The notes: generated from the sequence alone by a model not told the origin. A DNA stretch of 64,000 nucleotides from Deltaproteobacteria bacterium GWA2_38_16 (GCA_001797335.1 MGPE01000005.1:39929-103928); one strand, 5' to 3'; positions 30,695 through 42,960 are shown, numbered from the stretch's first letter. A program made the numbers and translations.

Positions 30695-33319
30695 TTAATG
30701 GCTTTGAGTTGCCAGTGCCTTAAATTCTTCTAATTGTTGGAGCCCACCTTCAAATCGTTGAGCACCTCTTTCTACATTAGGTATTGTTTCTAAAAAATGA
30801 TCAGGAACATATGAGGCATTCAAATCCTCAAAAATCCTATATGCTGTATGCGCGGTTGTTTTTCCTTTCCCAGCAAACTGATCCAATAAATATTTTATTG
30901 TAGGGCCTAGCTCTTCTCCTGAAGGTCCTCCTAGGGATTGCATCGTTTTAAAAAATTCAGTTCGATAGCGTTCAATAGCGCGTTCAAGACGAGTAGCGGC
31001 CATCATATATTCTTGGCTTTCTAATAAACGACCTGAAATGACGACATGGCTGGCACGGCTGACAATTTTAGGGATACCCCCTGCAGTGCTTGCTTTTGGA
31101 AAAACCAATTGAGAGTGTTCGCTTCCCGTGGGGCGATAATGGACACTAAATACATCGACTTGACCAGGTTTGGTGGGATGAGGGTTTGCATCAATACGAT
31201 AATATCCTCGTTCTGTCATGACAGGGCCAGAAGTAGGTCCTAAGGGCATGTCGCCTGCCGTATCTCCCAGCCTATGCCAAGCGCTTGCCGAGCCTGGAAC
31301 ATAGGTGGAGGCGGTAGGAAGATCAGAGGCGGTTTCTGTAAGAGGAACGGTTTTAGAAATGACAAGGGATTTGGCTTGGCGGAGCTGGGCAAGGGAGCGA
31401 ACGCCTGCATAAATCCCAGCTATATCTAAAGCACTAAAGGATCCAGCCAGTACGGCACTAAATACATGAGAGTTAAAATCATCTAATTCGTGAAGAGCTG
31501 CATTGGGATCTCCCCCCATGTCAGAAACAATCGAAGCGTAGAGAGTTTGATAATTTTGGCTAGCTTCCCCAGCATTTAAAACTTCTCTTCCTGTAAAGGC
31601 AATACCAGTTCCAAAAGATAGGGCAGTGGTACCCACCACTGCATATCCTGCGGCGGTCATCACTCCGGCGCCAGCTCCATAGGCCGCTAATCCTAAAGCT
31701 CCCACACCGGTTAAGAGTGCTAATGCTCCAATACCTAGTCCACCCCAAAAATACACTTTGTCCCACCATTCTTTACTTTCTTTATCGATTTTAATTCCTT
31801 GGGTGGCCGTGCAAATGGCATCCATCATTTCAGGGTGTTCAAACGCTAGTTTCCACACTCTTAAAGGATCACGTTTTAAAAATTCTTTAAGTGCTTCTTT
31901 TGGATTTTTGCTTTTTAAATCATTCAGTTCTTGGACCTGTGTCCGAATCGTATCTTGTTGGTCTTTTAAAGCCGAATTGAGATGATCTTGGGTAATAGTG
32001 GGTAGATGCGAAGGATCATCATCTATACTATCGACAAAATCTCTGAAGGGTTTGGTAAATAAAAGAGGAGATTTTGCCATTTCAGCTAAATGAATATCGA
32101 CGGGGAGGCGTTCTTTAAAAGCATCTTTTTGACGAGCTAAAAAAAGCTCAGGAAGCCGTGGTTCTCGAACAAGTGGATACATCGGGGTGACGTTTAGAAA
32201 TGAAAACTGTGGATTAGATTCTCCTTCAATTTGCCATTGGGGAGCGTGTTTAAGCCACTGGGAATATTCTTCAAAGTAGGAAGGAATATATGTAGATCCT
32301 TTGGGTCTGGTTCCTCCCATTAAACTTTCAAACATGTTTTGAATAGGCCATTCAAATGCTTGTAGATCGGGATTTCTAGTTTCTTTCATGCGCCATAGGG
32401 CTCCCACTCCTTCTTCAATCGTGGGAGCAATTCTTTCTGGAGCGTATTCTTCAAAGGCTCCCCGACTAAAGACAGGGGTAAATTCTTGCCCATATTCTTG
32501 AAATCCCCCTTGAAATCCCATTGTTGGGCGATCTGCATAACGGGCAACCGTCTCATAATATCTGGGAAGTACTCGTATGGCTTTAATTCTGTTTACCGAC
32601 GTTTGCAGTTGAGCCATCATGTCTTGTTGTTTTTGCGCAATGTTTGTGTGAGTGGTTTGGTTCATGACGTGTCCTAAAAGCGGTAAGTATTTTCCTTTGT
32701 CTACTGGGAGAGTTCCAAAAACTTCTTTTATGGCCAAATCCATGTCTTCTGGAACGGGGGTAGAGAATGTACTTTTATACATCCAATAATTGGTAAACAT
32801 GGCTTCCATCGTCTGATCAGAAAGATCATCCACAAATGTGTCTAAGGTGATTTGTTCTGTGATGTGAGATGTGTCTTTGGCAAGATCTTCAATGGTAGAA
32901 GTGCTTTGCGAAACAGGTCCTGAAATTTTTGAACACGCAAGTGGTCGGTCGGATTGTAAAAATACCCTAAAGGCTTGAGACTCTGCACCCTGTTGGCCAC
33001 TACACTCACCAAATTGAGTGCTCAAATCCAACGCGCGTGCGAGCCTTTTTGTTTTTCCATACAGTGCTTGGTATTGGTCTTCGGGCAATTGGGAACTGGC
33101 TAATAAGGTTTGGGATTCTTCTAAAATTTTTTGAGCCATGTTTTGGCTGGGAACCATTTCTAAAAGTTTATGGGCTTCTAAGAGGCGGCCAAATTGGGTG
33201 TTGGGTGCAACGATGGCAAGTGGCACCTGTGCATAGACTGTGTAAGGAGTGGCTAAGGTCCCTACAAAGCATACACACACCCAGAGGGATGTTATCTTTT
33301 GTAAAAACGTGGACTTCAC
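30695..33319 (-). CDS. Large secreted/membrane hypothetical protein
   Basis: 874-aa ORF with signal peptide and Gly/Ala-rich hydrophobic helices at about aa 525-580 and 620-640. Confidence 0.75.
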   Translation of the reverse strand: MKSTFLQKITSLWVCVCFVGTLATPYTVYAQVPLAIVAPNTQFGRLLEAHKLLEMVPSQNMAQKILEESQTLLASSQLPEDQYQALYGKTKRLARALDLSTQFGECSGQQGAESQAFRVFLQSDRPLACSKISGPVSQSTSTIEDLAKDTSHITEQITLDTFVDDLSDQTMEAMFTNYWMYKSTFSTPVPEDMDLAIKEVFGTLPVDKGKYLPLLGHVMNQTTHTNIAQKQQDMMAQLQTSVNRIKAIRVLPRYYETVARYADRPTMGFQGGFQEYGQEFTPVFSRGAFEEYAPERIAPTIEEGVGALWRMKETRNPDLQAFEWPIQNMFESLMGGTRPKGSTYIPSYFEEYSQWLKHAPQWQIEGESNPQFSFLNVTPMYPLVREPRLPELFLARQKDAFKERLPVDIHLAEMAKSPLLFTKPFRDFVDSIDDDPSHLPTITQDHLNSALKDQQDTIRTQVQELNDLKSKNPKEALKEFLKRDPLRVWKLAFEHPEMMDAICTATQGIKIDKESKEWWDKVYFWGGLGIGALALLTGVGALGLAAYGAGAGVMTAAGYAVVGTTALSFGTGIAFTGREVLNAGEASQNYQTLYASIVSDMGGDPNAALHELDDFNSHVFSAVLAGSFSALDIAGIYAGVRSLAQLRQAKSLVISKTVPLTETASDLPTASTYVPGSASAWHRLGDTAGDMPLGPTSGPVMTERGYYRIDANPHPTKPGQVDVFSVHYRPTGSEHSQLVFPKASTAGGIPKIVSRASHVVISGRLLESQEYMMAATRLERAIERYRTEFFKTMQSLGGPSGEELGPTIKYLLDQFAGKGKTTAHTAYRIFEDLNASYVPDHFLETIPNVERGAQRFEGGLQQLEEFKALATQSH

Positions 33320-33395
33320 AACAAACGTTCCCCTTAGCTATATATTTTAACTTCAAATAGCCTAAACTCAAAGTTTTGAATTATTAAAATCAGAT

Positions 33396-33443
33396 GAGAT
33401 TGCCATCCCTGCCTTCGCAGGGACAGGCTTCCTCGCAATGACA
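33396..33443 (-). repeat. GTCAT-tagged palindromic repeat (long form)
   Basis: Reverse complement TGTCATTGCGAGGAAGCCTGTCCCTGCGAAGGCAGGGATGGCAATCTC. Confidence 0.8.
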
Positions 33444-33450
33444 GTAAAAT

Positions 33451-33478
33451 TTGACATTTTGCGTTTTTTGATTACCAT
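33451..33478 (+). promoter_or_regulatory. sigma70-type promoter
   Basis: TTGACA-16 nt-TACCAT. Confidence 0.45.
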
Positions 33479-33519
33479 TAAAAGTATAGTACGTAACTTG
33501 TCACTACAAGGGGGGAATC

Positions 33520-34221
33520 GTGAAAACACTTCTTATTTTTATTGTTACTGTAGGGACTTTTTTTATTTTACCCGCATTTGCTGATCAACCGGCAGAGATT
33601 ACTAAAAAGTCTGCACTCTCTGAAAAAGATCAAAAAGCCATGGAACAAGATATGAAAGAACTCGAAACTCTAACAGGTGAAAATCAAGTGGTTCAATCTC
33701 AGCCTCAAGCGGAGCAGAAACGAGAGGTGGCAGCCTCCTCTACTCAAAATCCAGAATTTTATAAATTTTTTGGAAAAGATATGTCCATCCGGGGAGATGG
33801 AAAATTTATTTATATTAAGGCTGGCCCTACATCGATTGTCGTAGATTCCAAAGGACGTGTGCAGATTAAGTCTGCTGATAATGTCTTTATGCAATCTAAA
33901 AAATCTATTTTTCTTCAGGCCGATGAAAATATCAATATGATGGCTGGGGGAGAAATTATTCAAACCAAAATGGGAGGGCCTAAGCCTGCTTCAGAACCAG
34001 TGGCTCCGCAAGAAGAAGTAAAGCCTTCTTTAGAAATAAAAGGAGAAACAAAAACTCCTGAAGTAATGAAAGCACCCCAAGAAGTTAAAAAAGAGGAAAT
34101 AAAAGCAGAAGAAAAAGTGGAAAGTAAAGAGCCGGCTTCTGAAGCTCCAAAAGAAAGTATTCCTGAGAAAATACCTGAGATGACTTCTGAGCCTGTCATT
34201 GAAGAAGAAGTGATAGAATAA
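33520..34221 (+). CDS. Secreted protein with short beta-repeat segment and Glu/Pro/Lys-rich tail
   Basis: Signal peptide; 8-residue periodic VQIKSADN/VFMQSKKS/IFLQADEN/INMMAGGE. Confidence 0.7.
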   Translation: MKTLLIFIVTVGTFFILPAFADQPAEITKKSALSEKDQKAMEQDMKELETLTGENQVVQSQPQAEQKREVAASSTQNPEFYKFFGKDMSIRGDGKFIYIKAGPTSIVVDSKGRVQIKSADNVFMQSKKSIFLQADENINMMAGGEIIQTKMGGPKPASEPVAPQEEVKPSLEIKGETKTPEVMKAPQEVKKEEIKAEEKVESKEPASEAPKESIPEKIPEMTSEPVIEEEVIE

Positions 34222-34230
34222 TGCTTTTGG

Positions 34231-36798
34231 TTAGTCGATGAGTTCTCCACTACTTAGAAAATATCGAAGCACCTGCGCCTGGGTAAAAGGCGTATAAGAC
34301 ATCATTTCTTTATCTTTGAGATTAGGAATAATAAGATATTCATGCTTCCCTGATGGATGAAAACGAATGGCAGATCCATGGAGAGATTCAGGAGGATTGA
34401 GCTCCGTATCGACTTTAACGATTTCTCCTTGGTGAATATTTTTAGAGAGAAGCCACTGAACCCGAGGAGGGCTAATCAATCCTGCGACTCTGGCCAAATT
34501 AATGCCGCTTAAAATAGGAACTGTCCAATCTCCTAAAGAGAGTTGAAGGAGAACACTTTTATCTTTCCAATCTTTGGTATAGTTCATGGGATCGGCGGGA
34601 TCCACAGCCCATTGTCCTAAAAAGGCAAAGCGTAAAAAGTCAGGAGTATTTCGAGTGAGCCCAAGGCCTTCTTGGTAAGTGATGGTATAATCAATATGAT
34701 AATCTAAAAGCCCAAAAGAATTAAAAATATCAAGCTCTATGCGATCTCCACGGTCTGAAGCTAACCGGGATAAAAATCCTTTTTGATCATTAATAGGAGT
34801 TTTAAAAACCGTGTTTTTGGTTTTGTTTCTGAGGAAAACGGTTCCTTTGGGATCTAACGGTTGAAGTACGGCAAACGCATCTTCGGTTCGGCCACTATTA
34901 ATGGTCAAATAGGTTTTATTGTTTTCATGAATGCCAATAAATGCGGGTCCCCATAATTGATAGAAGATGCGCTTGGCATTAAATTTAGAACTGGTTCTAA
35001 AAAGAATATCGGTAAGGCCTCCTCCCCCCACATTTAAAATCCCAGTTTTGACCTCTGGTTCTGTTCCCATGAGAAGTCCCCCAATCATGCCTCCCATGGA
35101 CATGCCGATATAGTGAATTTTGGTATTGGGTCCCCCTACGTCTAAAATACCATCACGATTAAAGTCGCCTTCAATAATCTCTAAGGTTCCATTGTTATTG
35201 AGATCCCGTCCTAACTCTTTTACAACTCGGGTCAGTTGAAAAAAATCTACAATGGTTTGACGGACAATATCTCGGGTAGAAAAAAAGTTAGCAGAGAAAA
35301 AATCTTCTCCAGAATCTGTAATCCCATCTTCATTGACATCGGTGGCTCTTCCTTCACGGGTCAAAACACGTAAAATACCTTGTCTAAAAATTCGATCAAT
35401 AAGGCGGCCTATGAGAGATTCTGTTTGTAAATCTTTGTCATTAATCGTAACGCCCACCATTTGTCCTAGTTCTTTTAGTTCTTCTTTAACTGCCTCTTTT
35501 TCTTCAGAAGTGGCAGCCATAGGAAAAGTAAAGAAACGTTTTAAATAAACCGGAATGGCAGCTAAGAAATTATCAGGCCCATGACCGGCAGCATCAATGG
35601 TAATGGTTGCCATTCCTCCTTCAGCCATTTTGTTGGCTAGCCCAATGGCATCAATCCGGTTTCTTTTGTTCCCATGTCCAAAGATGGTGATAGGGAAAGG
35701 GGCTTTGTGTCCTGGGGTTTCTTTGGGGATGGCCATCATAAAATAAACGGGTTCAGGAACAGAGCTTTGCAAAGATTCAGAATTATTTTTATTAAATTGA
35801 GGAGAAAGATAACTTCCAAATACAAAATAATTGACGGAACTCCAATCAATGAGCTCATCAAAGGGGAATCCATCAATGAGATGAAGTTTGGCGGCTAAAG
35901 AAGTAAGATTTACAAATACTTTTTGAAGGACTGTGGGGGTTAACGTATAGCTATTGCCATCGATATCAAAAGGAAAGGTCTTAAGATCAGAAATCTCGCG
36001 AAACTGAGGAGGATATTGGGAAGAAAGTTGAGACAGCATGCCTTTTCCATAAAGGCCCTCTCGGATGAGTTTTAAATTTCGGGTGATGGATTGTGTGGTA
36101 AATTCCCAACAATAAACAATATCTTGGGTATTTATACCTGCCGTTTTTAATTCTTCTAAAAGTGTTTGGGAAGATTGGACATCCGTTGTGATAGGTGTTC
36201 CATCAAGGCCTTTTAAAGCATGGGTTAAGATGACGCCATAATGACTTTCTTCTTCCAACGGAGTTAAAGGGCGTAAAATCACCGTATTGGTTTCGTCTTC
36301 GTAAAAGGAATTACGGTTAGATTCTTTAAATAAAAAATTATTAAGGGTGCTTTGAGGATCATTGGGAAAATAAGAGGTTGGTTTTTCAATTAAATATTCA
36401 AAAAGTCCAGATCCAAAATCCAAAGGAACCGTTTTTCCATAGGAAGAAGATGTTTTGGTAAGGTTTATTACTTTAATCGAAGAAGCCTGAAGGGTGGCAA
36501 GATCCAACGGCTCACTAAAGGAGACTAAAATAGGAGAAAAAGTTCCAAATCCATTAAGCTCATTTATTCTATCTCTCATTCTTTTTTCAAATTGAGAGTT
36601 TTTAGTGAGTAAAAACGGGTAATGAATTTTTAACCCTGTCGGAGAAGTTGCATCAGGAAGTGTAAAAGTGTTGTTGGGAAAAGGAACTTTTGGAAAGGGT
36701 AGGGCGTTGGGATCAAATAGCATTTTGGGAGTACTATGGGCAGTAATACTAATAAAGACAAACAACAGAAAGACCCATATCCCCCTGCCCAAGTTCAT
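34231..36798 (-). CDS. Secreted Ig-like + alpha/beta-hydrolase (Pla-1/cef-like lipase)
   Basis: PFPNN, LNGFGTFSPI, FTTQS, IFGHG, IDAAGHG, RDIVRQTIVD, GMSMGG nucleophile elbow, DPADP. Confidence 0.75.
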   Translation of the reverse strand: MNLGRGIWVFLLFVFISITAHSTPKMLFDPNALPFPKVPFPNNTFTLPDATSPTGLKIHYPFLLTKNSQFEKRMRDRINELNGFGTFSPILVSFSEPLDLATLQASSIKVINLTKTSSSYGKTVPLDFGSGLFEYLIEKPTSYFPNDPQSTLNNFLFKESNRNSFYEDETNTVILRPLTPLEEESHYGVILTHALKGLDGTPITTDVQSSQTLLEELKTAGINTQDIVYCWEFTTQSITRNLKLIREGLYGKGMLSQLSSQYPPQFREISDLKTFPFDIDGNSYTLTPTVLQKVFVNLTSLAAKLHLIDGFPFDELIDWSSVNYFVFGSYLSPQFNKNNSESLQSSVPEPVYFMMAIPKETPGHKAPFPITIFGHGNKRNRIDAIGLANKMAEGGMATITIDAAGHGPDNFLAAIPVYLKRFFTFPMAATSEEKEAVKEELKELGQMVGVTINDKDLQTESLIGRLIDRIFRQGILRVLTREGRATDVNEDGITDSGEDFFSANFFSTRDIVRQTIVDFFQLTRVVKELGRDLNNNGTLEIIEGDFNRDGILDVGGPNTKIHYIGMSMGGMIGGLLMGTEPEVKTGILNVGGGGLTDILFRTSSKFNAKRIFYQLWGPAFIGIHENNKTYLTINSGRTEDAFAVLQPLDPKGTVFLRNKTKNTVFKTPINDQKGFLSRLASDRGDRIELDIFNSFGLLDYHIDYTITYQEGLGLTRNTPDFLRFAFLGQWAVDPADPMNYTKDWKDKSVLLQLSLGDWTVPILSGINLARVAGLISPPRVQWLLSKNIHQGEIVKVDTELNPPESLHGSAIRFHPSGKHEYLIIPNLKDKEMMSYTPFTQAQVLRYFLSSGELID

Positions 36799-36886
36799 AT
36801 ATCAAGTATAAAGAATTTTGCATCTTATTGACAAGAAGATTTCATTTTTGCTATTCAATAGGATACAGTACCAAAGGGAGTAAACA

Positions 36887-37828
36887 ATGATTGAAGTCCA
36901 AAATTTAACTAAACAGTATGGGAATTTAAAGGCTATTGATGATATTTCTTTTCGCGTGAACCAAGGTGAAATTATTGGGTTTTTAGGCCCAAATGGAGCT
37001 GGAAAAACAACCACGATGCGAATTTTAACCTGTTTTATGCCGGCTACTTTTGGAAAGGCCACGGTCTGTGGATTTGATGTTTTTCATGAATCTCATGAAG
37101 TGAAGAAAAGAATTGGGTATTTACCTGAAACCCCACCTTTGTATCCTGAAATGACGGTGAGTTCTTATTTAAATTTTGTAGCCAAGTTAAAAGATATTCC
37201 AAGAGATAAGGTGAGACATGCTATAGATCGTGTCATTGCCAGGTGTCATTTGGGAGATGTACAAAATCGGATTATTGGTCATTTATCTAAAGGGTATCGC
37301 CAGCGGGTGGGTTTAGCTCAAGCCCTGATTCATGATCCTCAAGTGCTTATTTTAGATGAACCAACCATTGGATTAGATCCTAAACAAATTATTGATATTC
37401 GCACACTGATTAAAGAATTGGCCGGAGATCACACCGTCATTTTAAGTACCCATATTTTGCCTGAAGTGACGCAAACCTGCCAAAAGATCATTATTATTAA
37501 TGAAGGAAAAATTGTGGCCATTGATACGTATGATCAATTGGCGTCTCAACTCAGAAAAACCGATCGTGTCGAGATTAAAATTAAAAATAGTGAAAAGGGG
37601 TTTGAAACTTTAAAAACTATTCCTGGAGTGATTGAGGTCATGAGAGATGAGGTACGAAAAGGGACCTTTATTGTGGAATGCCAAGGGGGAGATTCTATTT
37701 TAGAGTCGATCTCTAAAACTGTTGTGAACCATAACCTGGGACTTCTAGAAATGAAGTTACAGTCCTTTAGTTTGGAAGAAGTCTTTTTAAAATTAACGAC
37801 GGAAGATGAAGGAGGAATGTCTTCATGA
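36887..37828 (+). CDS. ABC transporter ATPase (GldA-like)
   Basis: GPNGAGKTTTMR, LSKGYRQRVGLAQA, LDEPTIGLDP, STHILPEV. Confidence 0.92.
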   Translation: MIEVQNLTKQYGNLKAIDDISFRVNQGEIIGFLGPNGAGKTTTMRILTCFMPATFGKATVCGFDVFHESHEVKKRIGYLPETPPLYPEMTVSSYLNFVAKLKDIPRDKVRHAIDRVIARCHLGDVQNRIIGHLSKGYRQRVGLAQALIHDPQVLILDEPTIGLDPKQIIDIRTLIKELAGDHTVILSTHILPEVTQTCQKIIIINEGKIVAIDTYDQLASQLRKTDRVEIKIKNSEKGFETLKTIPGVIEVMRDEVRKGTFIVECQGGDSILESISKTVVNHNLGLLEMKLQSFSLEEVFLKLTTEDEGGMSS

Positions 37829-38589
37829 GAAGTATTTGGGCTATAACAAAGCGGGAGCTTAAGAATTATTTTTTAACCCCCATTGGATATTTGGTTGTCA
37901 TTGTATTTGTAGCCATTATGAGTTGGATGTTTTGTGCAGCCATGATTGATTTTTTAAAGCGTGCCCAAAGCTATATGGCTTTTGGAGGCATGGGAGAGAT
38001 GAATTTAAATGCAATGATTATTCAACCCGTGCTGGGAAACATGGCGGTTATTTTTCTGTTGATGGGGGCTTTGATTACCATGCGTCTTTTGGCAGAAGAA
38101 CGAAAAATGAAAACCATTGAATTGCTTTTGACTTCTCCCATTCATCCTTATCAAATTGTGTTGGGGAAATTCTTTTCTGTGCTTTTACTTCTGATGTTGA
38201 TGCTTTCAGTGACATTTATATATCCTATTGTTTTAATGATTTTTGGAAATCCAGATATTAAACAAATATTAGCAGGATATTTGGGCGTTTTTTTATTTTG
38301 TGCAGCATTTTTATCGTTTGGACTTTTTATTTCTGCTCTCACAGAAAATCAAATTACTGCTGGTGCCATTACGTTTGGATTATTTTTGTTCTTTTGGATT
38401 ATTAGCTGGATTTCTGCCTCCCCAGATTCTTTTATTGGAAAAGTAGTGGCTTATATTTCTATTATTGATCATCTGGCCAATTTTATTCGGGGGCTGATTG
38501 ATACCAAAGATGTAATTTATTATGTGAGCTTTATCTTTTTTGGATTATTTTTAACCCATCAAGCGATTGAATCTCAGCGGTGGAGGTAA
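37825..38589 (+). CDS. ABC-2 permease (GldF-like)
   Basis: KRELKNYFLTPIGY, TMRLLAEERK..TIELLLTSP, TENQI. Confidence 0.9.
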   Translation: MRSIWAITKRELKNYFLTPIGYLVVIVFVAIMSWMFCAAMIDFLKRAQSYMAFGGMGEMNLNAMIIQPVLGNMAVIFLLMGALITMRLLAEERKMKTIELLLTSPIHPYQIVLGKFFSVLLLLMLMLSVTFIYPIVLMIFGNPDIKQILAGYLGVFLFCAAFLSFGLFISALTENQITAGAITFGLFLFFWIISWISASPDSFIGKVVAYISIIDHLANFIRGLIDTKDVIYYVSFIFFGLFLTHQAIESQRWR

Positions 38590-38592
38590 CCT

Positions 38593-39960
38593 ATGAAGTT
38601 TCAACTTCAACGTTCAACATCTTATACACTTAATGCCGTGATCTTAGGATTTGTGGTCTTTGGAATCTTAGCACTCTTAAATTTTATGGGTACTCGGCAT
38701 TACAAGCGGTTTGATTTTACCCAACAAAAACTTTTTTCTTTAGCTCCGCAATCGATCAAAGTAGTTAAAGCGCTAAAGGATGAAGTAACAGTGACTGGAT
38801 TTTTTCAGGCAAAAGAAAAGGCTCAATTTGATGATCTTTTAAATAAATATACCTATTACTCAGATAAGGTGAAAGTGAAATTTGTGGATCCAGATAAAGA
38901 TGTCCAAATTGCTAAAGCATATAATGTTAAAAAATATCAAACCATGATCGTTGAAAAATCAAAACGGGAATCTCGATTTGAGGGATTGTCTGAAGAAAAA
39001 TTAACCAATGCCATTATTAAAGTGGGGAAAGAAAAAACGCCGATCATTTATTTTACGAAAGGGCATGGAGAAAAAGAGATTAAAGATACAGACCGAGAAG
39101 GGTATTCGTTGGTTCAAAATCAATTGAAAGAATCCGGATATGAAGTCAAAGATCTTTTGCTTTTAGAAGTAAATGAAATTCCAAAAGATGCTACAGGCGT
39201 AGTGATTCCTGGCCCTCAAAAACCTTTTTTACCGAAGGAAGCAGATCTTATTTTGGCGTATTTGAAAAAAGGGGGAAGGGCGATTATTTTATTAGATCCT
39301 GAAAGTAAAAAAATAGGATTAGATCCAGTGCTAGCTTCTGTGGGAATCACTGCACAGGAAGATTTGATTATTGATCCGGTGGCCACTCTCTTTGGACAAG
39401 GGGCCGCGACCCCTGTTATCTCTACCTATAGCGGGCATGATATTGTAAAGGAACAAAAAATAGCTTCTTTTTATCCCATGGCACGTTCTTTAACGATTGC
39501 TCCAACGCTTCCTAATAAAAATATCAAGGTAGAATCCATTGGAAAAACTTCTACCAATAGCTGGGGGGAAGTAGGTTCTGTGAAGTCTGGAAAAGTTAAA
39601 TTTGATGAAGGGCAAGATCATAAAGGCCCTTTAAATTTAGCCGTTGCAGCGTGGGGAAATTGGGATGGAAGTTCCAAAAAAGAAGATGAAATGAGGCTTG
39701 TGGTAATGGGAGATTCTGATTTTGCCAATAACCGATCTTTTGAATTTGCGGGAAATGGAAATCTATTTTTAAATTCTATTGCCTGGATGATTGCCGATGA
39801 AACCGCCATTTCGATTCGACCCAATCAGGCAAGCCAGGGGAGGTTGATGCTGACTCCTTGGCAGGTCCGAACTATTTTTATTGTGACAATTATTTTAATT
39901 CCTTTGATTGTACTAGGATCTGGGACGGTCGTGTGGACATTACGGAGAAGGGTTGCATGA
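38593..39960 (+). CDS. GldG-like ABC transporter auxiliary component
   Basis: RFDFT..FSL, FVDPD, YFTKGHGE, GDSDF, NLFLNSIAW, C-terminal TM helix. Confidence 0.88.
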   Translation: MKFQLQRSTSYTLNAVILGFVVFGILALLNFMGTRHYKRFDFTQQKLFSLAPQSIKVVKALKDEVTVTGFFQAKEKAQFDDLLNKYTYYSDKVKVKFVDPDKDVQIAKAYNVKKYQTMIVEKSKRESRFEGLSEEKLTNAIIKVGKEKTPIIYFTKGHGEKEIKDTDREGYSLVQNQLKESGYEVKDLLLLEVNEIPKDATGVVIPGPQKPFLPKEADLILAYLKKGGRAIILLDPESKKIGLDPVLASVGITAQEDLIIDPVATLFGQGAATPVISTYSGHDIVKEQKIASFYPMARSLTIAPTLPNKNIKVESIGKTSTNSWGEVGSVKSGKVKFDEGQDHKGPLNLAVAAWGNWDGSSKKEDEMRLVVMGDSDFANNRSFEFAGNGNLFLNSIAWMIADETAISIRPNQASQGRLMLTPWQVRTIFIVTIILIPLIVLGSGTVVWTLRRRVA

Positions 39961-40961
39961 ATAAATTTAAAGTAACGTGGATTTTAGGGGGGCTTTTCTT
40001 AATTCTGATAGCGTATGTCTATTTTATTGAAATTAAAGGGGGCGAAAAGCGTAAAGTTGAAAAAGAAAAAGAAGAAAAAGTGTGGGTGTTTGATAAAGAC
40101 AAAGTGGAATCCGTGAGTCTTAAAACAGAAAAAGGAAAATTTACCGCTAAACGCACAGGTGAAAAAGAATGGCTTTTAGAAGAACCGTTAAAAGTAAAAG
40201 CTGATAAATTGGTATGGAATAATATTGTAGATTCTCTCTATGATCTTAAATTTTCTCGGGTGGTATCAGAAAAAGCCGATGATTTAGTTCCTTACGGATT
40301 AAAAGATTCAAAGTATATAGTTGAAATAACGATTTCTGGAGAAAAAGAAAAAAAGATTTTAAGTATTGGGGATGATAATCCTGTGGGAGATTCTGTGTTT
40401 GTAACCGTTGGACCAAGCCAAAAAGTGGTTTTAGTGCCCCAGTTTATTTCCTCTACATTAAATAAAGACATAAAAGATTTTCGGGAGAAAAAGCTCTTTA
40501 CATTTGATGAGACAAAAACTCAAGAAGTGACTCTTGAAAAAGCCAAAGAGCCAAAATTAGTCTTAAAGAAAGAGCCAGGAAAAGAAATAGACAAATGGTT
40601 TATTCTTTCAACTCCTAAAAAAGAAGAGGCAGATGCTTCTAAAGTGACAGAACTTTTAAATACATTAAATTTCTTAGAAGTAAAAACCTTTGAAGATGAA
40701 TCCCCAAAAGAGTTAGCCAAATATGAGCTTAATGCCCCTCAACTTAAAGTTACTATTCGAGATGAAAAAACAGCCCAACTACAATTGCTTTTTGGCAAGA
40801 AAACCAATGACGGTGTTTTTGTATCTAAAGCCTCTGAAAAACCCGTTTATCAGGTGAATGCCACTATCTTAGATCGATTGTCTTTAGATCCTAAAAAATT
40901 CACCAAGCTCCCCGAACCTAAAAAAGAAAATATAGAAGCCCTGCCAGAGCAAAAGAAATAA
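39957..40961 (+). CDS. DUF4340 domain protein
   Basis: N-terminal TM, two repeats (W..EP..KAD; YGL/YEL..P); follows gldG. Confidence 0.85.
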   Translation: MNKFKVTWILGGLFLILIAYVYFIEIKGGEKRKVEKEKEEKVWVFDKDKVESVSLKTEKGKFTAKRTGEKEWLLEEPLKVKADKLVWNNIVDSLYDLKFSRVVSEKADDLVPYGLKDSKYIVEITISGEKEKKILSIGDDNPVGDSVFVTVGPSQKVVLVPQFISSTLNKDIKDFREKKLFTFDETKTQEVTLEKAKEPKLVLKKEPGKEIDKWFILSTPKKEEADASKVTELLNTLNFLEVKTFEDESPKELAKYELNAPQLKVTIRDEKTAQLQLLFGKKTNDGVFVSKASEKPVYQVNATILDRLSLDPKKFTKLPEPKKENIEALPEQKK

Positions 40962-40969
40962 CGGCCAGC
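40919..40969 (+). repeat. Left direct repeat of cassette (copy of 46073-46123)
   Basis: 41-bp perfect core AGAAAATATAGAAGCCCTGCCAGAGCAAAAGAAATAACGGC (40925-40965); 51 bp with 2 mismatches. Confidence 0.93.
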
Positions 40970-40981
40970 TGTGTTTGTCTC

Positions 40982-41019
40982 GTCATTGCGAGGAGCCTGC
41001 AAGGCGACGTGGCAACCTC
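40982..41019 (+). repeat. GTCAT-tagged palindromic repeat (long form)
   Basis: GTCATTGCGAGGAGCCTGCAAGGCGACGTGGCAACCTC. Confidence 0.8.
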
Positions 41020-41092
41020 AGCAAGTTCAGGAGAATATGTGCCTCCTTAGTTTAAAAATTTCATGGAATCAGATGTTGGATATTCTGATGAT

Positions 41093-42897
<1,805 letters not shown>

Positions 42898-42960
42898 TGT
42901 ATACTACTTATCGGAAAACCAGGTGGTATCCTGAAGTTTTGTAACTGACCTGCCCCCGAT

